DNA of 64,000 nt from the NCBI GenBank assembly GCA_037134895.1, contig JBAXLI010000009.1:3855-67854 (forward strand), read 5' to 3'. The notes below the pieces were generated by a model. It had not been told where the DNA came from. It made no database searches and worked only from the letters and a program-made list of their open reading frames with translations. The position numbers were made by a program, and so were the translations under genes. Shown here one piece after another: positions 34,309 to 42,921 of this stretch. The stretch comes from Bacteroidota bacterium. Its GTDB lineage: Bacteria; Bacteroidota; Bacteroidia; Bacteroidales; FEN-979. How positions within the stretch are numbered: the stretch's first letter is position 1; the number at the start of each line of letters is the position of its first letter.

Positions 34309-35829
34309 TCAGTTCAGAACCATCGCGTCCATGATCTTTCCCATCAGTTTTTTGATCTCTTCCGATTGCCCGTCGAAATTGTTTGCTATCAGGGCGAATA
34401 CCAGTGTTTTACCTGATCTGGTATGCGCATAACCTGCATAACTTTTTACTCTCGACATCGTTCCGCTTTTTGCATGAACATTACCCCTGGCCGGAGTGTT
34501 GAAGCAAATCGAACTCAGGGTCCCTGACACCCCGGCTATTGGAAGCGATGCTATAAAAACCCCTGAATCAGGGGAGGAATACATATATCTCAAGAGCCAG
34601 ACAGCCTGCCTGGCTGTGAATGTATTGAAACGCGAAACCCCGCTGCCATCGAACTGTGCAAATCCGCCCATATCCATACCTTTTGATTCCAGGTATCTCC
34701 GTATGGACAAGGCCCCCGACTCAGTGCCTCCATGCTTCATTACCTTAAGCCCGATATGCTTCAACAGGTTTTCAGCGAAAAAATTGTAACTGGCCTGGTT
34801 TGTTGTGTTGATTATTGTAGCCAAAGTGGGAGACGATACCGACGTAATATCCTTAATTACAGCCTTTTTCAATCTCTCAGCAAGAGAATCCGAATCCGTA
34901 ACACTCATTGCCTTCCCTTTTATCACCACCCCGTTCATAACCAGGAAATTCTGAAACTCCATGGCGGTGGCAAGGGGAGGGTTGTTAATGGTTGCATAAA
35001 ATGAAACTTCCTGCTTCCACTTTGGAACTGTCCCTTTAATAGTTTTTTGATTTGTCTGCGGATGGCCGAGCACGAAAACCAACTCCTCGTCCGTCTCCGA
35101 TCCGTAAGTCTGATTGAAAAACAGTTCCTCAGGGATCAGTGGAGTGACTTTTTTAAGGGTGGAAGAGAACCGCCTGTCTTTGAATGGTTCGAAAAACATC
35201 TGGTATACATTCCCGTTTACCGAAAGTCCGGATGCTGCTGCGCAATAACCAATGTTGATCTCCCCCCAGGTCCAGGTATAAGGGATGTAATCCTGGTCAA
35301 AAACCCGGCCATCGCCAATAACAGAACCGTCGACGGTATCTATCCCTGTCTTCCTGATCGCTTTCGACCAGTTTGTAAGCAGGAGCTTCATAGACTGTTC
35401 ATTCAGGCAGAAAGTGGGATCCCCCCCGCCTTTAATGATGATGTTCCCATGAAGGGTGCGTCCACTGATAGTTCCCTCGTATTGCAGGCAGGTTTTGAAT
35501 CTTATGTCCGGCCCGAGTATTTCCAATGCTGCTGCAGTAGTGAAAAGCTTCATGGTGGATGCGGGAACAAGACTTAAATTCTCGTTTCTTGCAGCAATCA
35601 CGCTGTCGGTTGACACATCTGCAATCAAATATGACAGGGATGCGTGCTTTAGCAGCGGATCCTGTTCAAGATCATCCAGGCACTTTTTCAGGAAGGTTCG
35701 TGGTTTAGGAATGTCGGTTCTGACCAATGCTGATCCTGAAGGTTTTTCCACAGGAGTGGAGGTGTTACTGCGGGTGCAGCCGCACAATAAAACCACCACT
35801 CCAAGGACTACTGCTAAACTTCTGTACAT
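34309..35829 (-). CDS. dacB: D-alanyl-D-alanine carboxypeptidase/endopeptidase (PBP4, peptidase S13)
   Basis: The SxxK motif is PASTMKLFTTAAAL. It has a KSG-type motif (HAKSGTM) and the lipobox LLCGC. I started at M14 of the track ORF (cat at 35827-35829). Confidence 0.85.
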   Translation of the reverse strand: MYRSLAVVLGVVVLLCGCTRSNTSTPVEKPSGSALVRTDIPKPRTFLKKCLDDLEQDPLLKHASLSYLIADVSTDSVIAARNENLSLVPASTMKLFTTAAALEILGPDIRFKTCLQYEGTISGRTLHGNIIIKGGGDPTFCLNEQSMKLLLTNWSKAIRKTGIDTVDGSVIGDGRVFDQDYIPYTWTWGEINIGYCAAASGLSVNGNVYQMFFEPFKDRRFSSTLKKVTPLIPEELFFNQTYGSETDEELVFVLGHPQTNQKTIKGTVPKWKQEVSFYATINNPPLATAMEFQNFLVMNGVVIKGKAMSVTDSDSLAERLKKAVIKDITSVSSPTLATIINTTNQASYNFFAENLLKHIGLKVMKHGGTESGALSIRRYLESKGMDMGGFAQFDGSGVSRFNTFTARQAVWLLRYMYSSPDSGVFIASLPIAGVSGTLSSICFNTPARGNVHAKSGTMSRVKSYAGYAHTRSGKTLVFALIANNFDGQSEEIKKLMGKIMDAMVLN

Positions 35830-35843
35830 CAGAAAAAAACAAT

Positions 35844-36272
35844 TTAATTTCCAATCACCATAAACCAATCACCATTCACTTTTTTAAGATTCACCTTATC
35901 TTCAGAATCGGTATTGTTATTGAACAGCAGTTTATACTTGACCGTTGCCGTGTTCCCATCATCTGAAATTTTCTCTTCGATGATCTGTACTTCCTTCAAT
36001 CCCTGTTTTTTATCGTATTCCTGCGATGCCCAGGCACATAGCCCGTTGAATTTCTGGGTGTCTTCTTTTGTAAAAGCAACCCCGTCTTTTCTTACATAAT
36101 ACTTTATTACTCCTGGATAATCCTTGGCTTTTAAATTATTTAAGGCTGTTTTTACTACATCCGAAGGGGTTTTACTAAGAATTCCACCACCTGCTCCGCT
36201 TCCCCCGCATGAACTGAGTAAAACGGCAAATAAAAAGCCCGATAAAATTAAACAAACATTTAACCTTTTCAT
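35844..36272 (-). CDS. Small lipoprotein, DUF4878-like
   Basis: The lipobox is LLSSCGG. The C-terminus ...GNTATVKYKLLF...VNLKKVNGDWFMV is typical of the small SnoaL-like lipoproteins annotated DUF4878. Confidence 0.5.
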   Translation of the reverse strand: MKRLNVCLILSGFLFAVLLSSCGGSGAGGGILSKTPSDVVKTALNNLKAKDYPGVIKYYVRKDGVAFTKEDTQKFNGLCAWASQEYDKKQGLKEVQIIEEKISDDGNTATVKYKLLFNNNTDSEDKVNLKKVNGDWFMVIGN

Positions 36273-36300
36273 AATTGTAAGTTTTTAAGTGAATAATAAT

Positions 36301-36936
36301 TTATTGACTGCATATTTTGTAAAATATTCGACTGCGGATAAACGCTCCCGGCATAAGAATTTTTCGCCTTGCAACAAGGATGCCGACATCTTCCATGTTA
36401 CTTAGAATGCTGTTTATTGTCGGATCCCCATATTGATAGGCCTTTAAAATGAGTTCAGAGCAATACATGCGTTGATCTGTAAGAAGATCATATGAATTAT
36501 CGAAACGGATCTTACCGTAAAAGAAACTTTTGGCTTTTACTGTGGCCCTTGAGAGGCCTTCCTTTCTTAAATGCGATCTGTAAATTGCAAAATGACTGGC
36601 TTTTTCATTTCCAAGGAAATCAATGAGGGATTCTTCTTTTACCCGGTCGTCGGGATCATTATTTTCGGCGGGTTCGACATGTATAGCAAAAGGTTTCTTC
36701 CCATTCATAATAATCATACCAATATGGGAATAAGCAGCATTGTTATCTGCCACCAGAACTGCTAGGCTTTCAATGCTTTTACCCCTTCTGAACACCAGGT
36801 CCCCGTCCCGGAGTGTCACCGAATCCAATACCATTAAATTACAACTGACTCCCGACCTGAAGATCAGGAACCCGGCGGTTAAAATGCCGACCGGGGCAAG
36901 AATTAGAAGACAGACGATCAATTTCCAGGGTTTCAT
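36301..36936 (-). CDS. YiiX/YebB-like permuted papain-fold (NlpC/P60 superfamily) hydrolase
   Basis: It has an N-terminal TM. The motifs are GDLVFRRG, YSHIGMII, AIHVEP and a late Cys in MYCSELILKAY. This His-before-Cys order marks the permuted family. Confidence 0.55.
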   Translation of the reverse strand: MKPWKLIVCLLILAPVGILTAGFLIFRSGVSCNLMVLDSVTLRDGDLVFRRGKSIESLAVLVADNNAAYSHIGMIIMNGKKPFAIHVEPAENNDPDDRVKEESLIDFLGNEKASHFAIYRSHLRKEGLSRATVKAKSFFYGKIRFDNSYDLLTDQRMYCSELILKAYQYGDPTINSILSNMEDVGILVARRKILMPGAFIRSRIFYKICSQ

Positions 36937-36972
36937 TGACGTTTATCAGCAGGTCACAATAAAAGTCAATCC

Positions 36973-38232
36973 TCAATTCTTAATGCAACGGACTGAAAAA
37001 CCATCTGAATGAACGGAATTGTATCGGCTCACGGTCCCGTTATTGCGGCTAAGATCCCTTGCCCAAGAAGCACTGGAAGCGAATAACGACGACGACCAGA
37101 AAGAGCCGAGGCTTGAGAGTTCAAAGAAAGAGCCGGCATAATTCCGCCAGCCGCCGGGCAGCGCAGTAAATCCGCTGTTGTTTGAGGCTTCTGCATTTGG
37201 AGCCCACCAGAGGCCGGTTCCAGCCTCTATGGTACCTGTTGATTTTATTTTTCCACCTGCCACAATTAAGCCTCCAAGGTAATCGGTCAGGGTGGTCCAT
37301 TCAGTATCCGAGGGTAGATGCCAGCCGATCGGGCAAATTCCCGGGGCGCTTTCAACAGAAACATACCTCATCATTTCATTCCATTGATACAAGCCCCCGT
37401 AAACAACACAATTTGATTCAAGATCGGCATTACAGTATTTTTCAATGATACCGTTATCTGTTTGATCCAGAACACCATTAATCCTGATCCCCACATTCAG
37501 GTTTTCAGCCATCCATGTCTGTGAACCTACAGCCACAATAGTGTAATTTTGGCCATCAGCATCCTTACAAAGAAGAAAATTGAAATTTATAGTTTTACTA
37601 TTGGTTGGCACATCGGTTACTATTGTACTGTATCTGCCACTCATACCTGTGTAAAGCAACTGATCGCCCGATGTGTAAAGCATGTCAACAGTAGCATTTA
37701 TGCTTTTCAAGGTTTTAGCAGGAAGATCCCCGGTTTGAGAGATATGCTCGATACTTGCACGCTTACCCGAATTCCCCAGGCTGACCAGCTTTGTTGAATA
37801 GCAATAGTTGAGACCGATTACTTTCACAAAATACCAACCTTCGGCGATGCCGGAGACAGAAAAGCTTTGTACACCATATGTGAGCATAATGCTAAGCTGA
37901 CAAACAGGTTTACCAAATAAATCAATTAAGTAAATGAAAGAATTGCCGCTAACCGGAGCAAGGAATGTTAAAGTTGATTGCTCTCTCATTGGATTAGGAT
38001 ATAGGTTCAAAGCGCCGTTGTCAACATCCGGGTTACCGATTCCTACTGTATGGATCAGATGCAAAATATCATTCCCACTCAGCGTTAATGTAGCCCCACT
38101 TGTTAAATTATCAACTTTAACAGTGTTCACCCCTGTTGTGTCACCTGAACCTGCGAAAATGATCAGATAGTCCTGTGCTTGTACTTTTAACATGCCAAGC
38201 AATACGAGGATAAGCAATATATGTTTTTTCAT
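36973..38232 (-). CDS. FISUMP-domain (Fibrobacter succinogenes major paralogous domain) secreted protein with an internal T9SS-CTD-like Ig module
   Basis: The C-terminal ~190 aa fit the FISUMP pattern: YTIVAVGSQTWMAENLN, YGGLYQWNEMM, CPIGWHLPSDTEWTTL, GFTALPGGWR, GSFWSS, GFSVRCIKN. Residues ~75-150 (LNLYPNPMREQSTLTF...GWYFVKV...STKLV) resemble a type-A sorting domain. Confidence 0.8.
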   Translation of the reverse strand: MKKHILLILVLLGMLKVQAQDYLIIFAGSGDTTGVNTVKVDNLTSGATLTLSGNDILHLIHTVGIGNPDVDNGALNLYPNPMREQSTLTFLAPVSGNSFIYLIDLFGKPVCQLSIMLTYGVQSFSVSGIAEGWYFVKVIGLNYCYSTKLVSLGNSGKRASIEHISQTGDLPAKTLKSINATVDMLYTSGDQLLYTGMSGRYSTIVTDVPTNSKTINFNFLLCKDADGQNYTIVAVGSQTWMAENLNVGIRINGVLDQTDNGIIEKYCNADLESNCVVYGGLYQWNEMMRYVSVESAPGICPIGWHLPSDTEWTTLTDYLGGLIVAGGKIKSTGTIEAGTGLWWAPNAEASNNSGFTALPGGWRNYAGSFFELSSLGSFWSSSLFASSASWARDLSRNNGTVSRYNSVHSDGFSVRCIKN

Positions 38233-38271
38233 GGTTTATTGTCGCTAAATTGTTATTTTCCAAAATGGTTC

Positions 38272-38550
38272 TTATTGCATGAATATCAATACGTTTGTAT
38301 AATCACAAAGTCGAAATTCAGATTTATGAAGCCCTTCTCCGAAAACATAATTCTCACCGTCATCGAACCTGACTTCTTTTGCATTTGCAACAGAAGGGAC
38401 TTTTGCTGCTATCTTATTGATGACCTTATACACTACAGGCCAGACTTCATCCGGTTTAAGTGCGGTTACCTGCGCCTCCGACTGGGCCAATAAACTTTGT
38501 ACTACGAGCACTGATGCAAGCATCAACCAAAACCTGATTGAGTTTTTCAT
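38272..38550 (-). CDS. Small hypothetical secreted protein
   Basis: 92 aa with signal peptide MKNSIRFWLMLASVLVVQSLLAQ. It is the first gene of the minus-strand string that runs down to dacB. Confidence 0.4.
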   Translation of the reverse strand: MKNSIRFWLMLASVLVVQSLLAQSEAQVTALKPDEVWPVVYKVINKIAAKVPSVANAKEVRFDDGENYVFGEGLHKSEFRLCDYTNVLIFMQ

Positions 38551-38631
38551 AGATCTTTTTTTAGGTATTTGTAAAGAATTTCATCAAGGCAAAAATATGT
38601 CCTGTCAATCCCGATACAAAATAATGATTGG

Positions 38632-38697
38632 ACGGATTTATAAATCCGCACCGGGTGATCCTTTTTAAGCTGAAGATTCACGTACGGATTTATAAAT
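38632..38697. promoter_or_regulatory. Candidate operator: perfect 16-nt palindrome CGGATTTATAAATCCG (38633-38648) plus a second 14-nt copy ACGGATTTATAAAT (38684-38697)
   Basis: Read directly from the sequence. The copies are 52 nt apart, about 5 helical turns. They sit in the 268-nt divergent intergenic region, 40-100 nt upstream of the -7 box of the 8-gene operon. Confidence 0.4.
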
Positions 38698-38736
38698 TCA
38701 ACCTATAAATACTTGTATTTACCAGTCTATAAAAGA

Positions 38737-38744
38737 TATATTTG
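38737..38744 (+). promoter_or_regulatory. -7 box TATATTTG (with TTG at 38713-38715, 21-nt spacer) for the 8-gene operon
   Basis: It matches the Bacteroides TTTG/TAnnTTTG promoter architecture, 75 nt upstream of the ATG at 38819. Confidence 0.45.
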
Positions 38745-38818
38745 CCGGCATAGGAGAGTTGACCCGCAAAAAATCAACCCAAAGAAATTTCACAAAATAA
38801 AATGTCAAATCAAATCCA

Positions 38819-39841
38819 ATGATCATGAAAAAGCTGATTCTTTTTTGTTTAGTACTGTGCTTGTTTATCCTATCAGGATTGAATACCGGGAGAGCTGCAG
38901 TAAGCAGTACCGCTAATTCGATTCTTACTGTTTCTTCATCAATGCTTGTGCAGGGCGCCGATCAATCCGTGAAAGCTGATGCCACTTCAGCCACAACCGC
39001 TGAAACAGACAAACCGTTTAACTGGAAAGGCCTCATAATCGGGCTTTTCTTTCTTAGCTTCTACGGATATGCAATTGTTATGATTATTGTCACGCTTGTC
39101 CAGGCGAGGGCCATTAATACCATCACCAAGGAAGAATTCATGAGTCAGAGAAAACTGGCAAATAAATCGGAGATGGCAACTGAAGAGGAAAATCAACAGG
39201 CCTTGGCTTTGATCAATGAAGCGTACTTTTCCTGGAAAATTGTTTCTGAGCCGGGAGAAGAGGAATTGCGCAGCCCTGTGACGATGAGCCAGTTAAAAAA
39301 GAGCAGAGAACTGCATGCACAGGCTGCAAAAGTAATGCCGACCGATAATAAGGTGGTTGATCGTTTCAATACAATGGCCGGAGTCATTAACAGTTCGGAA
39401 ACAAGAAGTTTCTCAGGCTCATGGAAGCTGATCATTGTCGCTGTTGTTGCCTGCTTTATCACATATCTCATGACAAAGAGCTATGATCCGGGAATCTGGG
39501 CCTGGCTGAAAGGCTTCTGGTTTATGCCAATGGGAATTATTATGTATTACTTTGCAAGTCTTGCCCCGGCATTTCTGCAGGACAAACGTGGCCGCTGGTT
39601 CAAAGGAAAGAATATTCACAATGTTTTGATCGCTACCGTTTTGGGTCTGTTCCTTGCTACTCCTGCTACTGAAACCTACGTTACAAAATGGAGTGATGGC
39701 CGCAAGACAAAGTCAGAGGAATTCAATCCTGTCTTTTTTGTCATGATGTTCCTCGCATTCATGGTCCTGATGTTGCTCGGGTTCCTGATTATCATATTTG
39801 CAGGGCTCAATTTTATCAGGAACTACCTGATTTATATATAG
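38819..39841 (+). CDS. Operon gene A: hypothetical polytopic membrane protein
   Basis: 340 aa. Order is signal peptide (LILFCLVLCLFILSG), an S/T/A-rich linker, TM (LIIGLFFLSFYGYAIVMIIVTLV), and a ~130-aa charged helical loop. At least 4 TM helices follow. No family recognised. Confidence 0.55.
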   Translation: MIMKKLILFCLVLCLFILSGLNTGRAAVSSTANSILTVSSSMLVQGADQSVKADATSATTAETDKPFNWKGLIIGLFFLSFYGYAIVMIIVTLVQARAINTITKEEFMSQRKLANKSEMATEEENQQALALINEAYFSWKIVSEPGEEELRSPVTMSQLKKSRELHAQAAKVMPTDNKVVDRFNTMAGVINSSETRSFSGSWKLIIVAVVACFITYLMTKSYDPGIWAWLKGFWFMPMGIIMYYFASLAPAFLQDKRGRWFKGKNIHNVLIATVLGLFLATPATETYVTKWSDGRKTKSEEFNPVFFVMMFLAFMVLMLLGFLIIIFAGLNFIRNYLIYI

Positions 39842-39865
39842 ACTATTATTAAACTGATATTGATT

Positions 39866-41539
39866 ATGAAACGATATAGTATTTCGATAGTACTTCTCCT
39901 TATATGCTCATTCGTTTTCTCCCAGCAAGCCATCCCAGCCGATGGCTTGCTGGGTTTTTTTAAGCTCGACGGCAGCTCCAAAGAAACTGACGGACGCATT
40001 AAGCCAGGGAAGAGCCAGGGAGTAAAACCTGCAGCTGACCGATTTGGTAATCAGGGTAAAGCAAGCGGATTGTCATACGATTTCAAAAAAGGCAAAAGAA
40101 GCAGTATTTCAATTCCGCTTGACATCAATCAGTCGAAACAGCCTTTTCTTACTGTTTCTTTCTGGATATGTTTGAATACCAGTAACATGGAGTCTGGTAT
40201 TTTATACCAGTCCGACAATGACTGGAGCCAGACTGATCATTACCGAGGGATCTATGTTGAGCGTGAGGGTGGTTTAATAAAGTGGACAGCCTGCTGCGGA
40301 AGTGACGGCAGTTTAGTAGGACCTGAAGTCCTTGCAAAGAGCTGGACGTTCATTGCCCTGGTTTATGATCGTGACGACCAGGCTTTGCGCATGATTGTCA
40401 ATGACAAGGTATATGCCAGCCCGGCAAAAATGAGGGACGGGGCAGGTAATCTCAGGATTGGACCTTTCGACGGACAGGTTGATGAACTCAGAATATACTC
40501 GAGGGTTCTAACCCTTCCTGAACTGGAAGCTCTTTATGGGAAACCCATTACAACAGATACCTCTGAATACGCCATCCTTAAACGGGAAGATTATAAAAGC
40601 AGGATGAAGAAGGAAGAGATGGACAAGGTTCAGCCAAATATGACCTTTGTGGTGTCTGAAGATAAGTTTCCAGTTCATGATTCTGCTGGCAGTAACAATT
40701 CCGTTGCATTCCTTTCAAAGGGTGACACTTTCAGGATCCTGAGCATAGTGAAAAAGTCGGCTTTGGTTCTTATTCCCGACGGCCGGCAGGGATATATGAC
40801 CATCAGTTCTATCAATGACGGAGCTTACCTCAAAGGAAGCAGTTACATGGCCCACGAGGCGAAAGTAATTCTCGGAAGCATTTTTAACTTCACCAATATC
40901 AGGTCATGGATCGTTGCAGTATTGTTTGCTATCGTCCTGTATTTTGTTTACAGGAAGTACGACATTATAGACAATACCCTAAACCGGATCGGAAGACGGG
41001 ATCCTCTGTACCAGGGTGGTTCAAAAAGTGAAGGAGGAATCTCTGGCAATATCCTGAATAAAGTTTTTCCCTTAAGGCGGATGAGATGGTGGCCATTGAC
41101 CATAGGTGCAATTCTGGCCCTGGTTGTTTTCATTGCGCTCATATGGAACGGAGGGGAAACGGAATGGTTCATCAACAGCGGTTTCAGCCTGATACCTTCG
41201 GGTTACACCAGGACCATACACTGGGTGCTTTACATCACGTTTATGACACTGATGTTCATGTATATTGTTATGATCATCGAGAGTTTTGTGGTTGTAGGGC
41301 CCATCATGGCCATTCCCAGGATACTCATTTTATCGATCCTCATTTGCATGGCAATACTGGTAACTTACTATTTAAGTATATTGATAGTCATTATTGCAAT
41401 CGTTATGCTTGTACTTTACATTATTGCAGCAGGAGGCTCGGAAAGCAAGTATAAGTGCCCTCACTGTTACCGGACGTTCACCTCGAGCGCCGGCTCCAGC
41501 GGTACCTGTCCGCATTGCGGCGGGGGAGTCAGAACCTAA
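39866..41539 (+). CDS. Operon gene B: LamG-like + SH3-like + 4-5 TM + C-terminal zinc-ribbon protein
   Basis: After the signal peptide comes a LamG/Laminin_G_3 pattern (LTVSFWI..., ALVYD..., GNLRIGPFDGQVDELRIYSRVLTLPELEALY). An SH3b-like stretch follows (PVHDSAGSNNSVAFLSKGDTFRILS...GRQGYMTISSI). Hydrophobic helices come next. The end is KCPHCYRTFTSSAGSSGTCPHCGG, a CxxC-x15-CxxC ribbon. The ATG is at 39866; the track start at 39860 is TTG. Confidence 0.65.
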   Translation: MKRYSISIVLLLICSFVFSQQAIPADGLLGFFKLDGSSKETDGRIKPGKSQGVKPAADRFGNQGKASGLSYDFKKGKRSSISIPLDINQSKQPFLTVSFWICLNTSNMESGILYQSDNDWSQTDHYRGIYVEREGGLIKWTACCGSDGSLVGPEVLAKSWTFIALVYDRDDQALRMIVNDKVYASPAKMRDGAGNLRIGPFDGQVDELRIYSRVLTLPELEALYGKPITTDTSEYAILKREDYKSRMKKEEMDKVQPNMTFVVSEDKFPVHDSAGSNNSVAFLSKGDTFRILSIVKKSALVLIPDGRQGYMTISSINDGAYLKGSSYMAHEAKVILGSIFNFTNIRSWIVAVLFAIVLYFVYRKYDIIDNTLNRIGRRDPLYQGGSKSEGGISGNILNKVFPLRRMRWWPLTIGAILALVVFIALIWNGGETEWFINSGFSLIPSGYTRTIHWVLYITFMTLMFMYIVMIIESFVVVGPIMAIPRILILSILICMAILVTYYLSILIVIIAIVMLVLYIIAAGGSESKYKCPHCYRTFTSSAGSSGTCPHCGGGVRT

Positions 41540-41542
41540 GTT

Positions 41543-42823
41543 ATGAAACGAGAGGAATTCGTACTATATCGCACCTTCCCGTCGGATGCCATCAGTGATG
41601 GATGGAAAGCCGGGATCGATATTTCACATGTTGCCTATGGAAGCAGGAGCTGGGCAGTTTTAATGGCCGAACAAACGGGCTTCACAAGTCAGCGGTATTT
41701 TCAGAGGGATGATTTCCCATCCAAAAGTATTGATGATGGCTGGAAAGAGAATTATTACATTACCAATATTACCTGGGGGGACTCGACCTGGGTCCTGATC
41801 ATGTCGGAGGGATGCGGATTTACCGATCAGCAATGGAGATGCGGTAGCAAATTCCCTGCCAGGGACGTCGAGAAAGCTATCAAGGCGGGGTTTCATATTT
41901 CTTTCGTGACCTATGGACAGGAACGCTGGGTTGTGGTGCTTTCGAGAACTGAAAGGACATATGAGCAGAAATGGGAAATGTCGAAGGACTTTCCTGAGGA
42001 GGCCATTGAAGAATACTGGAACCAGGGATATATCATAACTTCCCTGGCCTATGGCGACCAGAAGTGGCTGCTGGTTGTCTCCAAAGGAAGCGAGGTGTTA
42101 TACCAGAGCTGGTCTTTCCGCCGCAGCTTCCCGGAGTCGGAAATTTCAGAGAAACGTAGTGAAGGGTACTGGGTTTCAAGTCTTACATATGGAAACGGTC
42201 TCTGGGTTGTTGTGATGTCGATGACTGAAGAGGAATACCAGAAACGGACAACTCAAAAGCCACAGGAAACAAAGAAAAAACCTAGGATTCCCAAACCCCG
42301 GGAACAAACCCCGGTGCAATCTTCCGACACTTCAGCCCCTGATGAAGTGAAATTTGAACTGGCGATGGGTGAGTTGCGAAAGCTCACTGGCCTGGCTAAG
42401 GTCAAGGATGAAGTTGATGCCCTGATGAAATACATCAAAGTCGAAAAGTTAAGGAAAACAAGGGGACTGGAGAATGATTTCGGGCAGGAAGCCATTGATA
42501 CCTTGCTTAAACGAATGGAAGACGAAAGGGATAAGCTTATTGTTATCCTTGCAGGGTACACGACCCTGATGAAAAAGGTTGTCGACTCAAACCCGGGACT
42601 TCCTTCAAGGTCTACCAGGTCTTTCATCTTCAGCAATTATTCGGTTAATGAGATGACAGAAACTTCCTGCTACAACTGCAAAAAAAAAGGGGATTTTATT
42701 TTAAAAGATTCTATTGAACAGATTTCTGATTATTTTTCTAACTTTGAAGGGAGGACCTCAAGCGATTTCGGAAACGCAAGATTTGTAAGAAATCTTTTCG
42801 ATAAGACGGTGCAGGAACTTTAA
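41543..42823 (+). CDS. Operon gene C: five tandem ~46-aa repeats fused to a CbbX/SpoVK-type AAA+ remnant lacking Walker A/B; possibly degenerate
   Basis: The repeat pattern is FP..xI...W..GY.I[TS]...YG...W.VVMS......Q.W, five copies across residues ~12-242. The C-terminal part has LTGLAKVKDEVDALMKYIKVEKLRKTRGLE, joined directly to NDFGQEAIDTLLKRMEDERDKLIVILAGY...NPGLPSR...FGNARFVRNLF. This is the AAA+ family pattern with the P-loop core missing. See the finding for the in-frame TAA. Confidence 0.6.
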   Translation: MKREEFVLYRTFPSDAISDGWKAGIDISHVAYGSRSWAVLMAEQTGFTSQRYFQRDDFPSKSIDDGWKENYYITNITWGDSTWVLIMSEGCGFTDQQWRCGSKFPARDVEKAIKAGFHISFVTYGQERWVVVLSRTERTYEQKWEMSKDFPEEAIEEYWNQGYIITSLAYGDQKWLLVVSKGSEVLYQSWSFRRSFPESEISEKRSEGYWVSSLTYGNGLWVVVMSMTEEEYQKRTTQKPQETKKKPRIPKPREQTPVQSSDTSAPDEVKFELAMGELRKLTGLAKVKDEVDALMKYIKVEKLRKTRGLENDFGQEAIDTLLKRMEDERDKLIVILAGYTTLMKKVVDSNPGLPSRSTRSFIFSNYSVNEMTETSCYNCKKKGDFILKDSIEQISDYFSNFEGRTSSDFGNARFVRNLFDKTVQEL

Positions 42824-42921
42824 ACCAGGCTTGCTTATATTGACAATCCTGCAACAGAAGAACTCAGTACGATCACAAAGGAGGATTTTTTTCAGGCAAT
42901 AAAAAAAGAAAAAACAACATC

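Noticed and set aside
38713-38916. 67-aa ORF across the operon promoter and the start of gene A
   Set aside because: It covers the -33/-7 elements and is out of frame with gene A. It is basic and low-complexity, and I treat it as spurious.
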